A stretch of 56,788 bases of DNA. Origin: a virus (taxonomy: Duplodnaviria > Caudoviricetes). The stretch is taken from positions 1 to 56,788 of the IMG/VR virus record IMGVR_UViG_3300042868_005444. The stretch is one strand, 5' to 3'. The translations under genes were made by a program, and so were the position numbers. How positions within the stretch are numbered: position 1 is the stretch's first letter; the number at the start of each line of letters is the position of its first letter. Shown in pieces: positions 9,461 through 19,273 of this stretch. Below the pieces are notes generated by a model. That model was not told where the DNA came from. It ran no database searches and saw nothing but the letters and a program-made list of their open reading frames with translations.

Positions 9461-12400
9461 TCACATTCCCCCAATAAAGTACCGGGCTAGGACCGGCGAG
9501 GTGTTTTCAGTGCCAAGCAGGGCAGACAACGCCATCTGCGCCTCTTCCTGAGACATTCTGCCAGAGTGGACGTCCGAAAGGAACTCCTTCACGAAGTCGC
9601 CCTTGGTCTTTCCGGTTTGGCCAACAGGCGTCGGATCGTCGGCCATCTTGAAGAGGTCCGTAAGGTTCGCTTTTTCCAGTTGGTGGAGTTGCGAGTATTC
9701 TTGGCCGAAGGCCGCATCCGCATTAACCAATGATCCACGACCGGTCGGCTGCTGCGACAGGTAGGCCGAATAGTAGTTGGCCCGGTCGATATCTTCTTGG
9801 TTGGCAAGCATGACCGATGCCGTGATGGCCGAGGCGGCATCCGGGGGCATGTTGAGGTCAGGGTAAACGGCGGAGACCTGTTGAAAGACGGACGCGGCGC
9901 GCTGTTGCTCAGGCGTCATGTCGCTCGCGCTAAGCGTGGCAAGTTTTTCCAATAGGGCACTCTGGGTCTCCGGAGACCCGAGGTCAGCCGTCCAGTTTTC
10001 TGGCAGGAACGTCACCAGAGGCTTAACGATGTTGTTGGCGTACCACTCGCCAGCCGTCCCCATGTTACCCTCGTTGATGGCGGAGCCGACGACGTAGGCC
10101 ATCTCGTTGACGTTCGGCTTGCCAGAGATTGCCGCCGAGCGCTCGGCGTTCACTGCCGGAAGGATTTGGCTGGTCTGCTTGACCGTCTCAAACCACTGTC
10201 CGGGCTGTGACCGCATCATCTCGCGGTCTCGAGCCAAAGCTTCTTGGGAAGCATCGCCCCACGCCACGTTCGATGGGATGCTTGGAGTGGCCGCTTCGCC
10301 GCCGGTCGGGACGCTTATAGTCCCGCTCAGATCAGGGCTGTTGAGGTCGAACCCGCTGCTCTGAGCAGACATGCCAACGCGGCGGATCATATCGTCAACC
10401 ATGCGTTCCCCGGTGGAGAGACGGCTGTTGTCGAGGAAATCCCAGAACGGAACAAGGCCGTTCTCGGTCATAATCATGTTTACACCATCGACAGGGAAGA
10501 TGCTTTCCTTCGCGGTCTGCATGGTGGTCTGGAGAGCCTGAGCATCGAGGCCACGGATGTCTGCAGCCTGCTTCTCAAGGCCAGCGTAGGTGTTTGCCGC
10601 GCCGCCGATACCCTGAATGATCGACGAGCCAAGGTAAAGAGACGGCGAGGAGGCCATGGTCCCGAGGCCAGACAGGATCGACAGCAAGGCGTTTTTGTTC
10701 ACCTTACCATCGTCATTGTAAAACATCTTGCCAAGGGCGTTGCGCTCTCCATACGGTTTTTCAGGCTTGAGACCAAGGCCACCGGCGTATTCCTCACCAG
10801 CCGACGCACCGCCAGCGTTACCTGCGACACCTCTGGATGCCGAGCCCATGCCAGTGACGGAGGCAACGTAGTTTTGCGTTTCCTCGGGAAGGTAATCAAG
10901 ATAGCTTCCGCCCATGGCTCCAGCGCGGTCAAGAGCACTGCGCAGACGACCCGGTCCAGCATTGTATGCTGCGGATGCGAGATCAAGGCTGCCGAAGCGG
11001 TCGTACATGTTCAAGAAGTATGCTTCACCAAGGGCAGCGTTGTAATCCGCGTCGGTGCGGAAGCGCTCTTCGTCCCACGGGAGGCCAGCCATTTTGGCCG
11101 CCTCAGGCCCAGTGGCAGGCATAACCTGACCGATGCCAATTGCGCCCGCAGACGACGTGAGCGGATTGCCGTTGCTGTCAAATTGCCTGCCGCCACTTTC
11201 CTGAGTGATGATCTTCGTACGATAGAACTCGGACGGATCAATTGCCGCAGGGCGCTCTTCCGGCTGTGCGGCGGGGACAAGACCCGGCTGGACAGTGGGT
11301 CTTACATCGGAGCGACCAATCGCAGCGGCGGCAAGACCGGCCAGATCGCCTGCCGGAATAGGTTCGCGGGTTGGCGTCGGGCTTACTTCCGCTGCGGGCG
11401 TCACCCGCGCATCCGGCAGGTCACCGAGGTTCATGGGTCTTGGCACGTCACCGGCCATCAGGCGGCGGCGGATGATCTCCTCTTCTGCCTCCGGCCCACC
11501 ACCCACTCGGTATCCCTGACGGACAACGCCGCCCTGATAGAATTTGTCAGCCTGACCATAGTCGACGCGCTTCATGCCGTCAGAGCCTGTCATCACGGCG
11601 TCAGGGTGCTTGCGCTCGACTTCATCGGCCATGAAGCCGATGTGCGTCTGCTCGCGATCATCACCCTTGTACTTAAACTTGTAGATCGGCATTCCGTCGT
11701 CGGTTTTCCCGATCCGGCGAATTTCATGCTTCATGCGGCGGTCGGACAAGGCGAACAGGTTTGCAACTGCCAAGGCGGTATTCGCCGCATTGCCAATCTT
11801 GCTCATGGTGCTTTCAGGCTGCCCCGGCGCGGAGCCCGGCTGCATGATCTGGTTCTTCTTGGCTTCCTCTTGGGACTTCACCGTATCGGAGAGATAGCCT
11901 TCCTTCTGCACGGGGTTCTCAGCGGGCTTGAGGCCGCCCTCAAGGTAGGCCGGGCCGCCGGAAGCGTAGCCAACGACGCCGCCGCGCGAGTTTTCGCTTT
12001 CACGGTTCTTCTGAAAAAGCTCCCAGAACTCGCCGCCTTTGCCGAACTTGTCCTTCAAGTCGATCATGCTGTTGCCGAAGTTGGCTGCCGCCTCCAGCTG
12101 CTGGGCTGCGGACATGCGGGCGTTTTCGAGGCCGGAACTGTCAGCAATCATCAGCTCACCAACCGGGAGGTAGGCCTGCGGGACATAGCCCCCAGCGCCC
12201 GGCTGAGAACCTACGCTTGAGCCGTATGGGCCAGCAACACCACCGCCACCGGCCTTGGTTGCGCGGTCGTAGTCGACCGACTTGTAGCCGGAAGGCTCAG
12301 TGTTCACGGCGTCAGGTTTAACTTTCTCAACCTCGTCGGCCATGAAGCCAACGTGGGTCTGCTCACTGTCGTCGCCCTTGTACTTGAAGCTGTAGATCGG

Positions 12401-13285
12401 CAGGCCATCGTCGGTCTTGCCGATGCGCTTGATGTCATGCTTCAGGCGGCGATCTGACCAGAAGGAGGTCGGCTGCGTGGTGGTCGTGGTCGATCCAGAC
12501 AGCGCGCCGGTGCCCATGGCGATGTTCGCGAGGAACTGCGCCACTTGGAACGGGTAGGCTTGCTGCTGTTGGAACTGGTTGTAGAGCGCGCTGAGGCCAG
12601 CCTGTTCGGTCTGCTGACCGAGGGTGCCCGCGTTGATCTGCGCTTCCGCACCCTGCAGGCCGAGGCCCTGAGCCATCTGGCCAAGACCAGCCATTTGCTG
12701 ACCACCAGACAGAAGGCGAGCAAGGTTGGCCTGCTCTGCACCAAGGTTCAGGCCCTGCTGTTGCTGAGCCGTCTGCAGCGCTTGTTGGTAATTCTGTGCG
12801 TTCAAACCAGCCAAGGTCGCGCCGGTGGCCATACCCTGCTGTTGGGCGAGGTTCGCCGCCGCAATACCGGCGCGGTCACCACCAAAGGCACCGCTTGAGA
12901 TCGCCGTGCCGAGCGCGCCAGACTGCGCCTGCTCTTGCTCCTGACGCATGCGGGCCATCGTCGCGTTGATGACGTCCTGCTGGTACGGGTTCATGTATTT
13001 GCTGATCTCAAGATCAGCGGGGTTTGCCGCAGCCATGCCGGAGCGCGTAGCGTCCGTGGCTTCACCGATGTACGGCTGGTAGGCTCCTGCAGCGGCGTTG
13101 ACGTTGCCGATGCCCATCTGCTGCTGTTGGTTCAGCTGGGCAACAAACTTTGAGGGATCAGTGGAGTAAATCTGGAACGGCGTCTGGGCGACACTTTGGG
13201 CCTGAGCGTTCACCGCATTATAGCGGTCAAGCACCTCCTGCGGGATTTGGACCTGTTGTGTCGTTGTTGAAGTCTTGCCGCCCAT
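9461..13285 (-). CDS. large internal virion/ejection protein with two peptidase S74-like domains and a lytic transglycosylase (SLT) domain
   Basis: Gln/Gly-rich N-terminus; SDRRLK...GFMADEVE...VDY twice; IITQESGG...GIGQVMPAT...YNAGPG...ETQNYV. Confidence 0.85.
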   Translation of the reverse strand: MGGKTSTTTQQVQIPQEVLDRYNAVNAQAQSVAQTPFQIYSTDPSKFVAQLNQQQQMGIGNVNAAAGAYQPYIGEATDATRSGMAAANPADLEISKYMNPYQQDVINATMARMRQEQEQAQSGALGTAISSGAFGGDRAGIAAANLAQQQGMATGATLAGLNAQNYQQALQTAQQQQGLNLGAEQANLARLLSGGQQMAGLGQMAQGLGLQGAEAQINAGTLGQQTEQAGLSALYNQFQQQQAYPFQVAQFLANIAMGTGALSGSTTTTTQPTSFWSDRRLKHDIKRIGKTDDGLPIYSFKYKGDDSEQTHVGFMADEVEKVKPDAVNTEPSGYKSVDYDRATKAGGGGVAGPYGSSVGSQPGAGGYVPQAYLPVGELMIADSSGLENARMSAAQQLEAAANFGNSMIDLKDKFGKGGEFWELFQKNRESENSRGGVVGYASGGPAYLEGGLKPAENPVQKEGYLSDTVKSQEEAKKNQIMQPGSAPGQPESTMSKIGNAANTALAVANLFALSDRRMKHEIRRIGKTDDGMPIYKFKYKGDDREQTHIGFMADEVERKHPDAVMTGSDGMKRVDYGQADKFYQGGVVRQGYRVGGGPEAEEEIIRRRLMAGDVPRPMNLGDLPDARVTPAAEVSPTPTREPIPAGDLAGLAAAAIGRSDVRPTVQPGLVPAAQPEERPAAIDPSEFYRTKIITQESGGRQFDSNGNPLTSSAGAIGIGQVMPATGPEAAKMAGLPWDEERFRTDADYNAALGEAYFLNMYDRFGSLDLASAAYNAGPGRLRSALDRAGAMGGSYLDYLPEETQNYVASVTGMGSASRGVAGNAGGASAGEEYAGGLGLKPEKPYGERNALGKMFYNDDGKVNKNALLSILSGLGTMASSPSLYLGSSIIQGIGGAANTYAGLEKQAADIRGLDAQALQTTMQTAKESIFPVDGVNMIMTENGLVPFWDFLDNSRLSTGERMVDDMIRRVGMSAQSSGFDLNSPDLSGTISVPTGGEAATPSIPSNVAWGDASQEALARDREMMRSQPGQWFETVKQTSQILPAVNAERSAAISGKPNVNEMAYVVGSAINEGNMGTAGEWYANNIVKPLVTFLPENWTADLGSPETQSALLEKLATLSASDMTPEQQRAASVFQQVSAVYPDLNMPPDAASAITASVMLANQEDIDRANYYSAYLSQQPTGRGSLVNADAAFGQEYSQLHQLEKANLTDLFKMADDPTPVGQTGKTKGDFVKEFLSDVHSGRMSQEEAQMALSALLGTENTSPVLARYFIGGM

Positions 13286-13779
13286 TAGGAGCCCCCTTCA
13301 GCCCCTTCATTGAGGCCAGTTTTTGCACCGTAGAGGAAGTATACACCAGCTGGTGAGCCAAATACACGCTCATAAAGCCGAATTTTTGCTTCCGTCCGAG
13401 AACTTGAAAGAACGCCAATCGCCAAGGGTATACTCAGTCTATCTGCCGTCATCTTCGCGAACTCAGCAAGCTTCCGCGCCCTGCCGCCTTTGGCGGAACG
13501 ATATTCAGGGTCAACGTAGATCGCCTTCTCCTCGAGGATCAGTTCCTTGCTGTACCACATTTCACCCATGCTGAGAAGGACTGCTCCTTCTAACTTGCCA
13601 CCGACGGGCCCAAGGACACCGCAGATGCCTGTTTGGCGGGTCAGCGCACCCCAAACAACCAGTGCAAGCTTCTCTACGTCGGGCGGAACAACCGCGTTCT
13701 CCTGTGTCGCCGCAAGGGCGAGGGCCATCATACCGTTGAAGTCTTCTTCCACACCGGTACGAACCTCGACGTCATCCAT
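13285..13779 (-). CDS. GNAT-fold (acetyltransferase-like) virion morphogenesis protein
   Basis: IYVDPEYRSAKGGRARKL motif-A-like segment and RLYER; position between nozzle and ejection genes. Confidence 0.7.
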   Translation of the reverse strand: MDDVEVRTGVEEDFNGMMALALAATQENAVVPPDVEKLALVVWGALTRQTGICGVLGPVGGKLEGAVLLSMGEMWYSKELILEEKAIYVDPEYRSAKGGRARKLAEFAKMTADRLSIPLAIGVLSSSRTEAKIRLYERVFGSPAGVYFLYGAKTGLNEGAEGGS

Positions 13780-13783
13780 CAGT

Positions 13784-14365
13784 TTAGTCCTTCTTGGGCC
13801 CCGGCAGTGATTGCAGGGTTCTGATGGCCTTTTTTCGCATTTTTTTCACGAAGGCATCAAGGACTTTGTGCCCGTGATCGAGAGAACCGCCGCCGATGTG
13901 CTCGACGTCTTTGGGCGGGATGACGTACTCACCGCCAGCCGCAACGATTGGCACCGCGTCGACCTCGCCACCTGCAGCGCGTTTGGGTGCGGGCTGGCCG
14001 TAAGGCATCTCGCTGCCACCGTAGGGCATGGAGCCTGATCCTTGACCATACGGGCCGGGCACGGAGAAGATCGACTTGGCGACCTTGAAGCCCGCCATCG
14101 AATTGCCCTCACCCATGGCAGAGATGATGTCGGCGGGGATAACGTACGACCCAGACGCGACGTGCATGGGCAGGTGGTCCGTGCGACCGGCCACTGCGGA
14201 GTGGATCGGACCCTCGTGCGTTTTGATCCCACCGCCGCGCTTCATGCCCTCACGAGCCGTGCTCAGGGCAGCCGCAACAGCCTGATCCTGCGGATGGCCA
14301 GAGTGAACCATCTCGGAAATATTTTTGGAAATTGTTTCCTGCGAGCTTCCGGGCTTGAGCGGCAT
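13784..14365 (-). CDS. virion protein with duplicated D-x-x-P...G[SE]YVIP module and two GG motifs
   Basis: [18 protein letters not shown] and [19 protein letters not shown]; start MPLKPG after GAGGA. Confidence 0.7.
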   Translation of the reverse strand: MPLKPGSSQETISKNISEMVHSGHPQDQAVAAALSTAREGMKRGGGIKTHEGPIHSAVAGRTDHLPMHVASGSYVIPADIISAMGEGNSMAGFKVAKSIFSVPGPYGQGSGSMPYGGSEMPYGQPAPKRAAGGEVDAVPIVAAGGEYVIPPKDVEHIGGGSLDHGHKVLDAFVKKMRKKAIRTLQSLPGPKKD

Positions 14366-14373
14366 GTCGTTCC

Positions 14374-14715
14374 TCACGAATAGACGATGGCGACGGTCTG
14401 CCCGGTGCCGGGCGCGACGACGATGCCGTTGTTGACGGGAATGTTCGCCTCGCCAACCCCAATGGTGGTGGGGATCGTCAAAAGCTTGTCGTTGGTGGCT
14501 GTGGCCGATGTAGCATCGTAAATCGCCCCAGTTCCCGATCCGGCGACGACAACAATCACCCGCGCGATCCGCCCTTGACCAGACTGCACCAGCGTTGCTG
14601 TGGTGATGTTGGTGTAAGACTTCGAACCCTCAACGTCCAGATATGTCTGGCCGAGCTGGTTGAGCGCTTTCACGATGTTCTGCGTCGTTGTGAGGATGTC
14701 GGATAGCGAGGCCAT
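14374..14715 (-). CDS. small structural protein
   Basis: 113 aa, beta-rich, in structural operon. Confidence 0.65.
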   Translation of the reverse strand: MASLSDILTTTQNIVKALNQLGQTYLDVEGSKSYTNITTATLVQSGQGRIARVIVVVAGSGTGAIYDATSATATNDKLLTIPTTIGVGEANIPVNNGIVVAPGTGQTVAIVYS

Positions 14716-16991
14716 CAGAATTTCCCATCAGGTTGGAGGCGATACCGGATATTCCCGAGACGCCAGAAGGAGCCGAGATCGTTACTCTCAATCCGGATTG
14801 AAACGAGACGCCCACGAATTCTCGGGGTGATGAAGGTTGTGTTTCGTGTCACCAGATGTTCGGACACCTTGGGCGTCTGTCCGGGGTAGTCAACCACATA
14901 GAACGTGATCTTGACCTGAGCGTTCTGGGTGCCGCCATACAGGCCCCACTTCATGTCTGGCCACATCTGATCGACAAACGTTTTCAGGTCGCCTTCCTGC
15001 AGCGCAAAATACCCTGTCTGGATGTAGGCGTTGATTGCTGCGCCGTCCGCATCTTGCGTAACTTCGTGCTGATACACGACACGGTCCTCGCCTGCCCCAA
15101 TGGGTGGTCCAAGAACCGACTGGTCAATCCACGCGGTACGGGTCAGCTCGCCGAAATCCCACTGACCCAAGAGGGTGTTGAGCTTGACGTACTTGGTGGG
15201 GATGCCCCCAGAGCCGATTGTCGGGTAGTACCAAGTCACCTCACCAAAGCGGGCGTTTGTCGCGCAGACTACGCGGTCGACATTGTCTTCGTCGATGTCT
15301 TGGAAAATCACGTCCCAGATCGGGCAAGGGATTGGGCTGACACCACCGCCGCCCAGTGAGAAGAACTGGCTTTGGCTCATCCAGAAGATTGTTCCGCTGA
15401 GCGTGGCGGCGGCCTTTTTGCCGATCAACCCGCAACCCGTGCCGATCTCGTTGAACGACCAGACCAGCGGCAGACCAATGTACTGCATCGACCACACGCC
15501 AAGATCGGTCCACAGGATACCCTGTTGCGGCCCCTGCAAAGCAGAGATGATGCGGGAACCCTTGGGGATGCGGAATGAGCCAGCCTGATTGGCAACAGTC
15601 CCAACCCAGCTGCTGAAGTTGCCGATGTCGCACCAGCGGACCAACAGGGGGTCTTTGATCGCCGAGAAGGTGCTACCATAGGCAATGATCTGCCTCTGAG
15701 GCATAGCCACGAAGCAACCCTCGTTTACCTTTGGCGCGTTGGGTACGACCACTGCAGACTGGCCGCCGTCGGTCGGGCTCCAATAGTAAATCTCGCCGTT
15801 CTCAGGGTTTGCAATCAGAAGTTCGCCCCAGTTGTCGAGCGTCCAGTCTGTGGCACCGGCGAAGCCGAACCGGGTGATTGACAGGGTGCCCGCGACAGTC
15901 TGGTTCCCGAGGGTGGACGGAACAGTGAAGGATATGGTCGAAGTTGAGCCAACGGTTCTGGCCGTGGTTGTCCACGTCCCGTTGTATCCAGATGGTGTGA
16001 CACCACTAATCGTGATTTGAGTGTCAACAGGGATGTCGTAGCGACCGGAGAACGAGACGGTTGCAACGGTGCCGACGCAAGTAGCTGCGGTTGTGGCAAA
16101 AGTCCTTGTTCCGCTAGACGTCACACCTGTCCCGTAGCCGCCAGCGCCGTAACCGCCGCCGCCGTAACCAACCGACGGAGGAAGCGCCGACTGACCGATA
16201 TAATATGTGATGTGGGGCCGTCCGCCGTTCATAGACACGGTGGCAGCAGAGGTTGCCTCGTTCTCGGCAGCGATAACGAAGACCGAGCTGGATGTAACGC
16301 TTCGTACGATGTAGTTTCCATACAGCGTTATGCCGCCGACCGTTGTCGCAACAAGAACCGGGTAGGTCGAGCCAACCTGAAAGTTGTGGTCCGCAAGGGT
16401 CACGGATACCGATGCAGAGTTGGTAGCCGTTGTGAAGCTTGCTGTTGCGCCCCCGGCGGCGACCGTGCTTGTTGCGTTGACCGGTAGGCCGATCACGTTT
16501 CGAGAGAAAATCGAGTACCTGTCAGACGTCGACCCTTCGCACGAATAGAACCCAAACAGCACAAGACCGCCAATTGAAACGTGGGTCGACAAAAAGATGC
16601 TGTCGAAGCTGGTGATGTTTGAGCCAGTGTCGTCAATCTCCACTTCATTTGAGCCTGAAGTGGTGTTGAAATCCATCGCGGGGTCTGCGTTGTAGGACTG
16701 AGGCGATATGTCTTCAACATCAGCGCCATTGAAAGAGTAAACCCCGTCTTCAGCGCCGATTGCAAGCCAACGCTGATCGTTCGTGTCAGCCCAAGCCCAC
16801 AGTGCCCGCACGATAGCCGTCATGGGTTCGGATATGTACCGATCCCAGCCACCGATCTTTTGGGGCAGCCCAAGACCATTCCTGTCCGGAACGAACCGGA
16901 TCAGGTTGCTTTCGGAGATCGCAGCCTCGTTGAGGGCAGGCGTCCTATTCTGGTCGACGCCGGGAATGAGCTTTAGTGATGCGTGTGGCAT
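14715..16991 (-). CDS. tail tubular protein B / nozzle (P22 gp10-like DNA stabilisation protein)
   Basis: 758 aa with propeller-like Trp/Gly repeats (VRWCD...W...QAGSF, W.F..IGTGCGL), C-terminal RGRLVSIRIES...WRLG. Confidence 0.75.
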   Translation of the reverse strand: MPHASLKLIPGVDQNRTPALNEAAISESNLIRFVPDRNGLGLPQKIGGWDRYISEPMTAIVRALWAWADTNDQRWLAIGAEDGVYSFNGADVEDISPQSYNADPAMDFNTTSGSNEVEIDDTGSNITSFDSIFLSTHVSIGGLVLFGFYSCEGSTSDRYSIFSRNVIGLPVNATSTVAAGGATASFTTATNSASVSVTLADHNFQVGSTYPVLVATTVGGITLYGNYIVRSVTSSSVFVIAAENEATSAATVSMNGGRPHITYYIGQSALPPSVGYGGGGYGAGGYGTGVTSSGTRTFATTAATCVGTVATVSFSGRYDIPVDTQITISGVTPSGYNGTWTTTARTVGSTSTISFTVPSTLGNQTVAGTLSITRFGFAGATDWTLDNWGELLIANPENGEIYYWSPTDGGQSAVVVPNAPKVNEGCFVAMPQRQIIAYGSTFSAIKDPLLVRWCDIGNFSSWVGTVANQAGSFRIPKGSRIISALQGPQQGILWTDLGVWSMQYIGLPLVWSFNEIGTGCGLIGKKAAATLSGTIFWMSQSQFFSLGGGGVSPIPCPIWDVIFQDIDEDNVDRVVCATNARFGEVTWYYPTIGSGGIPTKYVKLNTLLGQWDFGELTRTAWIDQSVLGPPIGAGEDRVVYQHEVTQDADGAAINAYIQTGYFALQEGDLKTFVDQMWPDMKWGLYGGTQNAQVKITFYVVDYPGQTPKVSEHLVTRNTTFITPRIRGRLVSIRIESNDLGSFWRLGNIRYRLQPDGKF

Positions 16992-16994
16992 CTC

Positions 16995-17744
16995 TTACCC
17001 CCGTGTCGGAGACGCGATTGGCGTCGGTGACTGTGACGACCAAGCGGGGCCTTCGTACTTCTTGCGGGCTTCCTCGACACCGGCGCTGCGCAGGAGGGTC
17101 TGGTACTGGCTTTCGTACGATTGCGCCATCTGCGGGTCGTCCGACTGACGGCCAAAGTTCCGCTGGTAAGCGGAGATGTACACCATCGACGCCATGATGA
17201 GCAGGTCGGGGAAGTATTGGCTGATGAACGTCACTGGGTTAGCCGCCGACATCTCATTGGGTCGGTAAGTTGCGACAACTTCAACGTAGTAGGTCTGATC
17301 CGGAACCGGGCCCACGAAGAAGAGGTTCTCGTTGAACGCAGCGTAGTACTGCGGCTGCCCACGAGACGCGGTCGCGTTTGAGCCGTAAACGACGTCCAGA
17401 TATTCTTTCGTCGTGGGCAGGAGCGTGACGCGCGAGGCGTTTGCCCCGTTGGGGTCGGTCTGTCCAGCTGGGGTGATGATGTTGATCTGTTCCGAAACCA
17501 CGATGCTGCCCGAGCCGTTTGGCAGGGTCATTGGGAACGACAGGTTTCGGTTTCCAGCATTGAGCAGGATCGACGGCGACGTGAAGGCCGTCGACGTGCT
17601 CATGAGATCGAGGTCGCGGTAGATGCGCAACTCGGCGTAGTCGATCATCGCCGGGAGGATCGTAACGAAGTTCACGTCGGCAGGATCGACGACCGCCATC
17701 TCGGCGATCTGCGTCACATATGTGCTATAGGTCAGTCCGGTCAC
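16995..17744 (-). CDS. head-tail adaptor / tail tubular protein A-like
   Basis: IDYAELRIYRDL, GQPQYYA, GPVPDQTY, PDLLI pattern; immediately upstream of nozzle gene. Confidence 0.7.
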   Translation of the reverse strand: MTGLTYSTYVTQIAEMAVVDPADVNFVTILPAMIDYAELRIYRDLDLMSTSTAFTSPSILLNAGNRNLSFPMTLPNGSGSIVVSEQINIITPAGQTDPNGANASRVTLLPTTKEYLDVVYGSNATASRGQPQYYAAFNENLFFVGPVPDQTYYVEVVATYRPNEMSAANPVTFISQYFPDLLIMASMVYISAYQRNFGRQSDDPQMAQSYESQYQTLLRSAGVEEARKKYEGPAWSSQSPTPIASPTRG

Positions 17745-17776
17745 GTCTGCACCCCTCGAGTTTGGGCGATCTTACA

Positions 17777-18631
17777 TCAACCGAGGAGTTTAGCCAATGT
17801 CTTAGGGCCAGCAACTCCGTCGGCAGTCAATCCATTTGCAGCCTGCCACTTTTTCAGGGCCGCCTCGGTGCCGGGACCGAAGTCTCCATCAGCCGCAAGG
17901 CCTAGCTTGGCCTGCATCTTCTTGACCTCTTCCCCTTTGGAGCCGCGCCGCAGGGTGCCGCCCGATGGGACTGCAGAGGCGGCAGGTGCAGTGATCTTGC
18001 CACCCATAGCGGCCATGGCACGAGCATAGCGCGCCTGCCGATCCGCCAACCCGATGTTCCCGCCGTTGATGATCTTGGTGATGCGCACCACGTCTCCGGG
18101 TTCTGCATCAGCAACTTCGTTCAAGCCCTTGGTTTTCCAGAACCACAGAGCCGAGGCTAGAGCACCCTCTTTCGTCTCCAGCCACTCTGCGGCTTCCTCC
18201 GGGGTGATGTCGTAGTCTTTGGCAAAGCGGGTATAGTTGTCACGGCCGGTGAGGGCTTTCAGGCCCCTGCCAATAAATTTGGCTCCATCACCGGGCTGGG
18301 TGTTGCCAAGCTTGCTAGTGCGGTTCTCGTCCATGTACACATAGTTTGCCAGTTTCTCTGGGTTTCGGGCGTACTCTGCGGGGTTGCGCTTGCCGGGGCC
18401 GAAGTAACGCGGGAACACCTTGAGCAAGGTCTCCTCGCGGTAGTTCAGGTTCTCCTTGAGTGCGTTGAAGTCCATGCTTTCATGGGCGCACTGGCTGACG
18501 AACGCGGCAATGCGCTTGTCGGTCGTGATGCCGTACTTGGGCAGTGCCTTGTTCAACTCCTCGCACCAAGCTTCGATTTCCTTATTGGTGGGGATCATCG
18601 CGCGCAGCTGGTCTACGGTCAGAAGGGTCAT
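17777..18631 (-). CDS. endolysin, glycoside hydrolase family 19 with C-terminal peptidoglycan-binding domain
   Basis: AAFVSQCAHES, GDGAKFIGRG...LTGRDNY, ITKIINGG; LRRGSKG...DGDFGPGT...DGVAGPKT. Confidence 0.9.
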   Translation of the reverse strand: MTLLTVDQLRAMIPTNKEIEAWCEELNKALPKYGITTDKRIAAFVSQCAHESMDFNALKENLNYREETLLKVFPRYFGPGKRNPAEYARNPEKLANYVYMDENRTSKLGNTQPGDGAKFIGRGLKALTGRDNYTRFAKDYDITPEEAAEWLETKEGALASALWFWKTKGLNEVADAEPGDVVRITKIINGGNIGLADRQARYARAMAAMGGKITAPAASAVPSGGTLRRGSKGEEVKKMQAKLGLAADGDFGPGTEAALKKWQAANGLTADGVAGPKTLAKLLG

Positions 18632-18641
18632 TCAAAATCTC

Positions 18642-19049
18642 CTATTCGCACCACGAGGACTTGGCCTCGCCTTTGTAGGGACGGGCTAGGCCCGCCGAGA
18701 TCAAGCTTTCAGAGAGGCTCTGGTGGTCCAGATAGACGTCACCCAGCACACGGCCACCATACTTATCCCACTTGAGAATTTTGATATCGACCTCGAGGGC
18801 GTTGGCGACAGCGTTCTTGGTAAATGCGCTGGCCTTCTTTGCCAGAGCAGCCTCGGCATCGCACTGGGCGCGGGGTGCTTTCTCCGGCGTGTCGATGCCC
18901 ATCACACGGATCGACAGCTTGGGCGGGAGGGGCGACGGGAGAAAATCCACCGCAATCTCCACCGTATCGCCGTCGATCACTCTGGTGATCTCATAGGGTG
19001 TGGCCAGCGCAGGGGTTGCTGACAGGAGCAGGGCAACGAGCCACCTCAT
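18642..19049 (-). CDS. thermonuclease (SNase-family) with N-terminal signal peptide
   Basis: RVIDGDT, IRVMGIDTPE, DKYGGRVLG, LISAGLA; signal MRWLVALLLSATPALA. Confidence 0.9.
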   Translation of the reverse strand: MRWLVALLLSATPALATPYEITRVIDGDTVEIAVDFLPSPLPPKLSIRVMGIDTPEKAPRAQCDAEAALAKKASAFTKNAVANALEVDIKILKWDKYGGRVLGDVYLDHQSLSESLISAGLARPYKGEAKSSWCE

Positions 19050-19273
19050 TTCTTGGGTCTCTTGATCGGCACCTTCTTCGTGACGGCGTCCAGCACAGCT
19101 TCCTTTGCCATGTCCTTGCCCATGCCGCCGAGCAGATCACCCACGTTGCCAGTGGCTGCGACCTTGATCGCGTTCTCTACCGGGTCCGGCAGGTTCACCT
19201 TATCCAGCACTGCGTCCACGGCCTTTTCCTTGAGCTTGCGGCCAACAAGCATCCCGACGATGCGTCCGATCAT
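19046..19273 (-). CDS. hypothetical protein
   Basis: 75-aa amphipathic ORF with 4-bp overlaps. Confidence 0.65.
   Translation of the reverse strand: MIGRIVGMLVGRKLKEKAVDAVLDKVNLPDPVENAIKVAATGNVGDLLGGMGKDMAKEAVLDAVTKKVPIKRPKK

Noticed and set aside
11559-12457. Possible inteins in the 1274-aa protein
   Set aside because: The inserts begin SDRRxK and end VDY, with no Cys/Ser...His-Asn splice junctions; they fit peptidase S74 instead.
9461-14365. Tape measure protein / long-tailed morphology
   Set aside because: Despite TMP-like GG and GEYV motifs, no tail tube, tail assembly chaperone or baseplate genes were recognised; nozzle and ejection-type genes fit a short tail.
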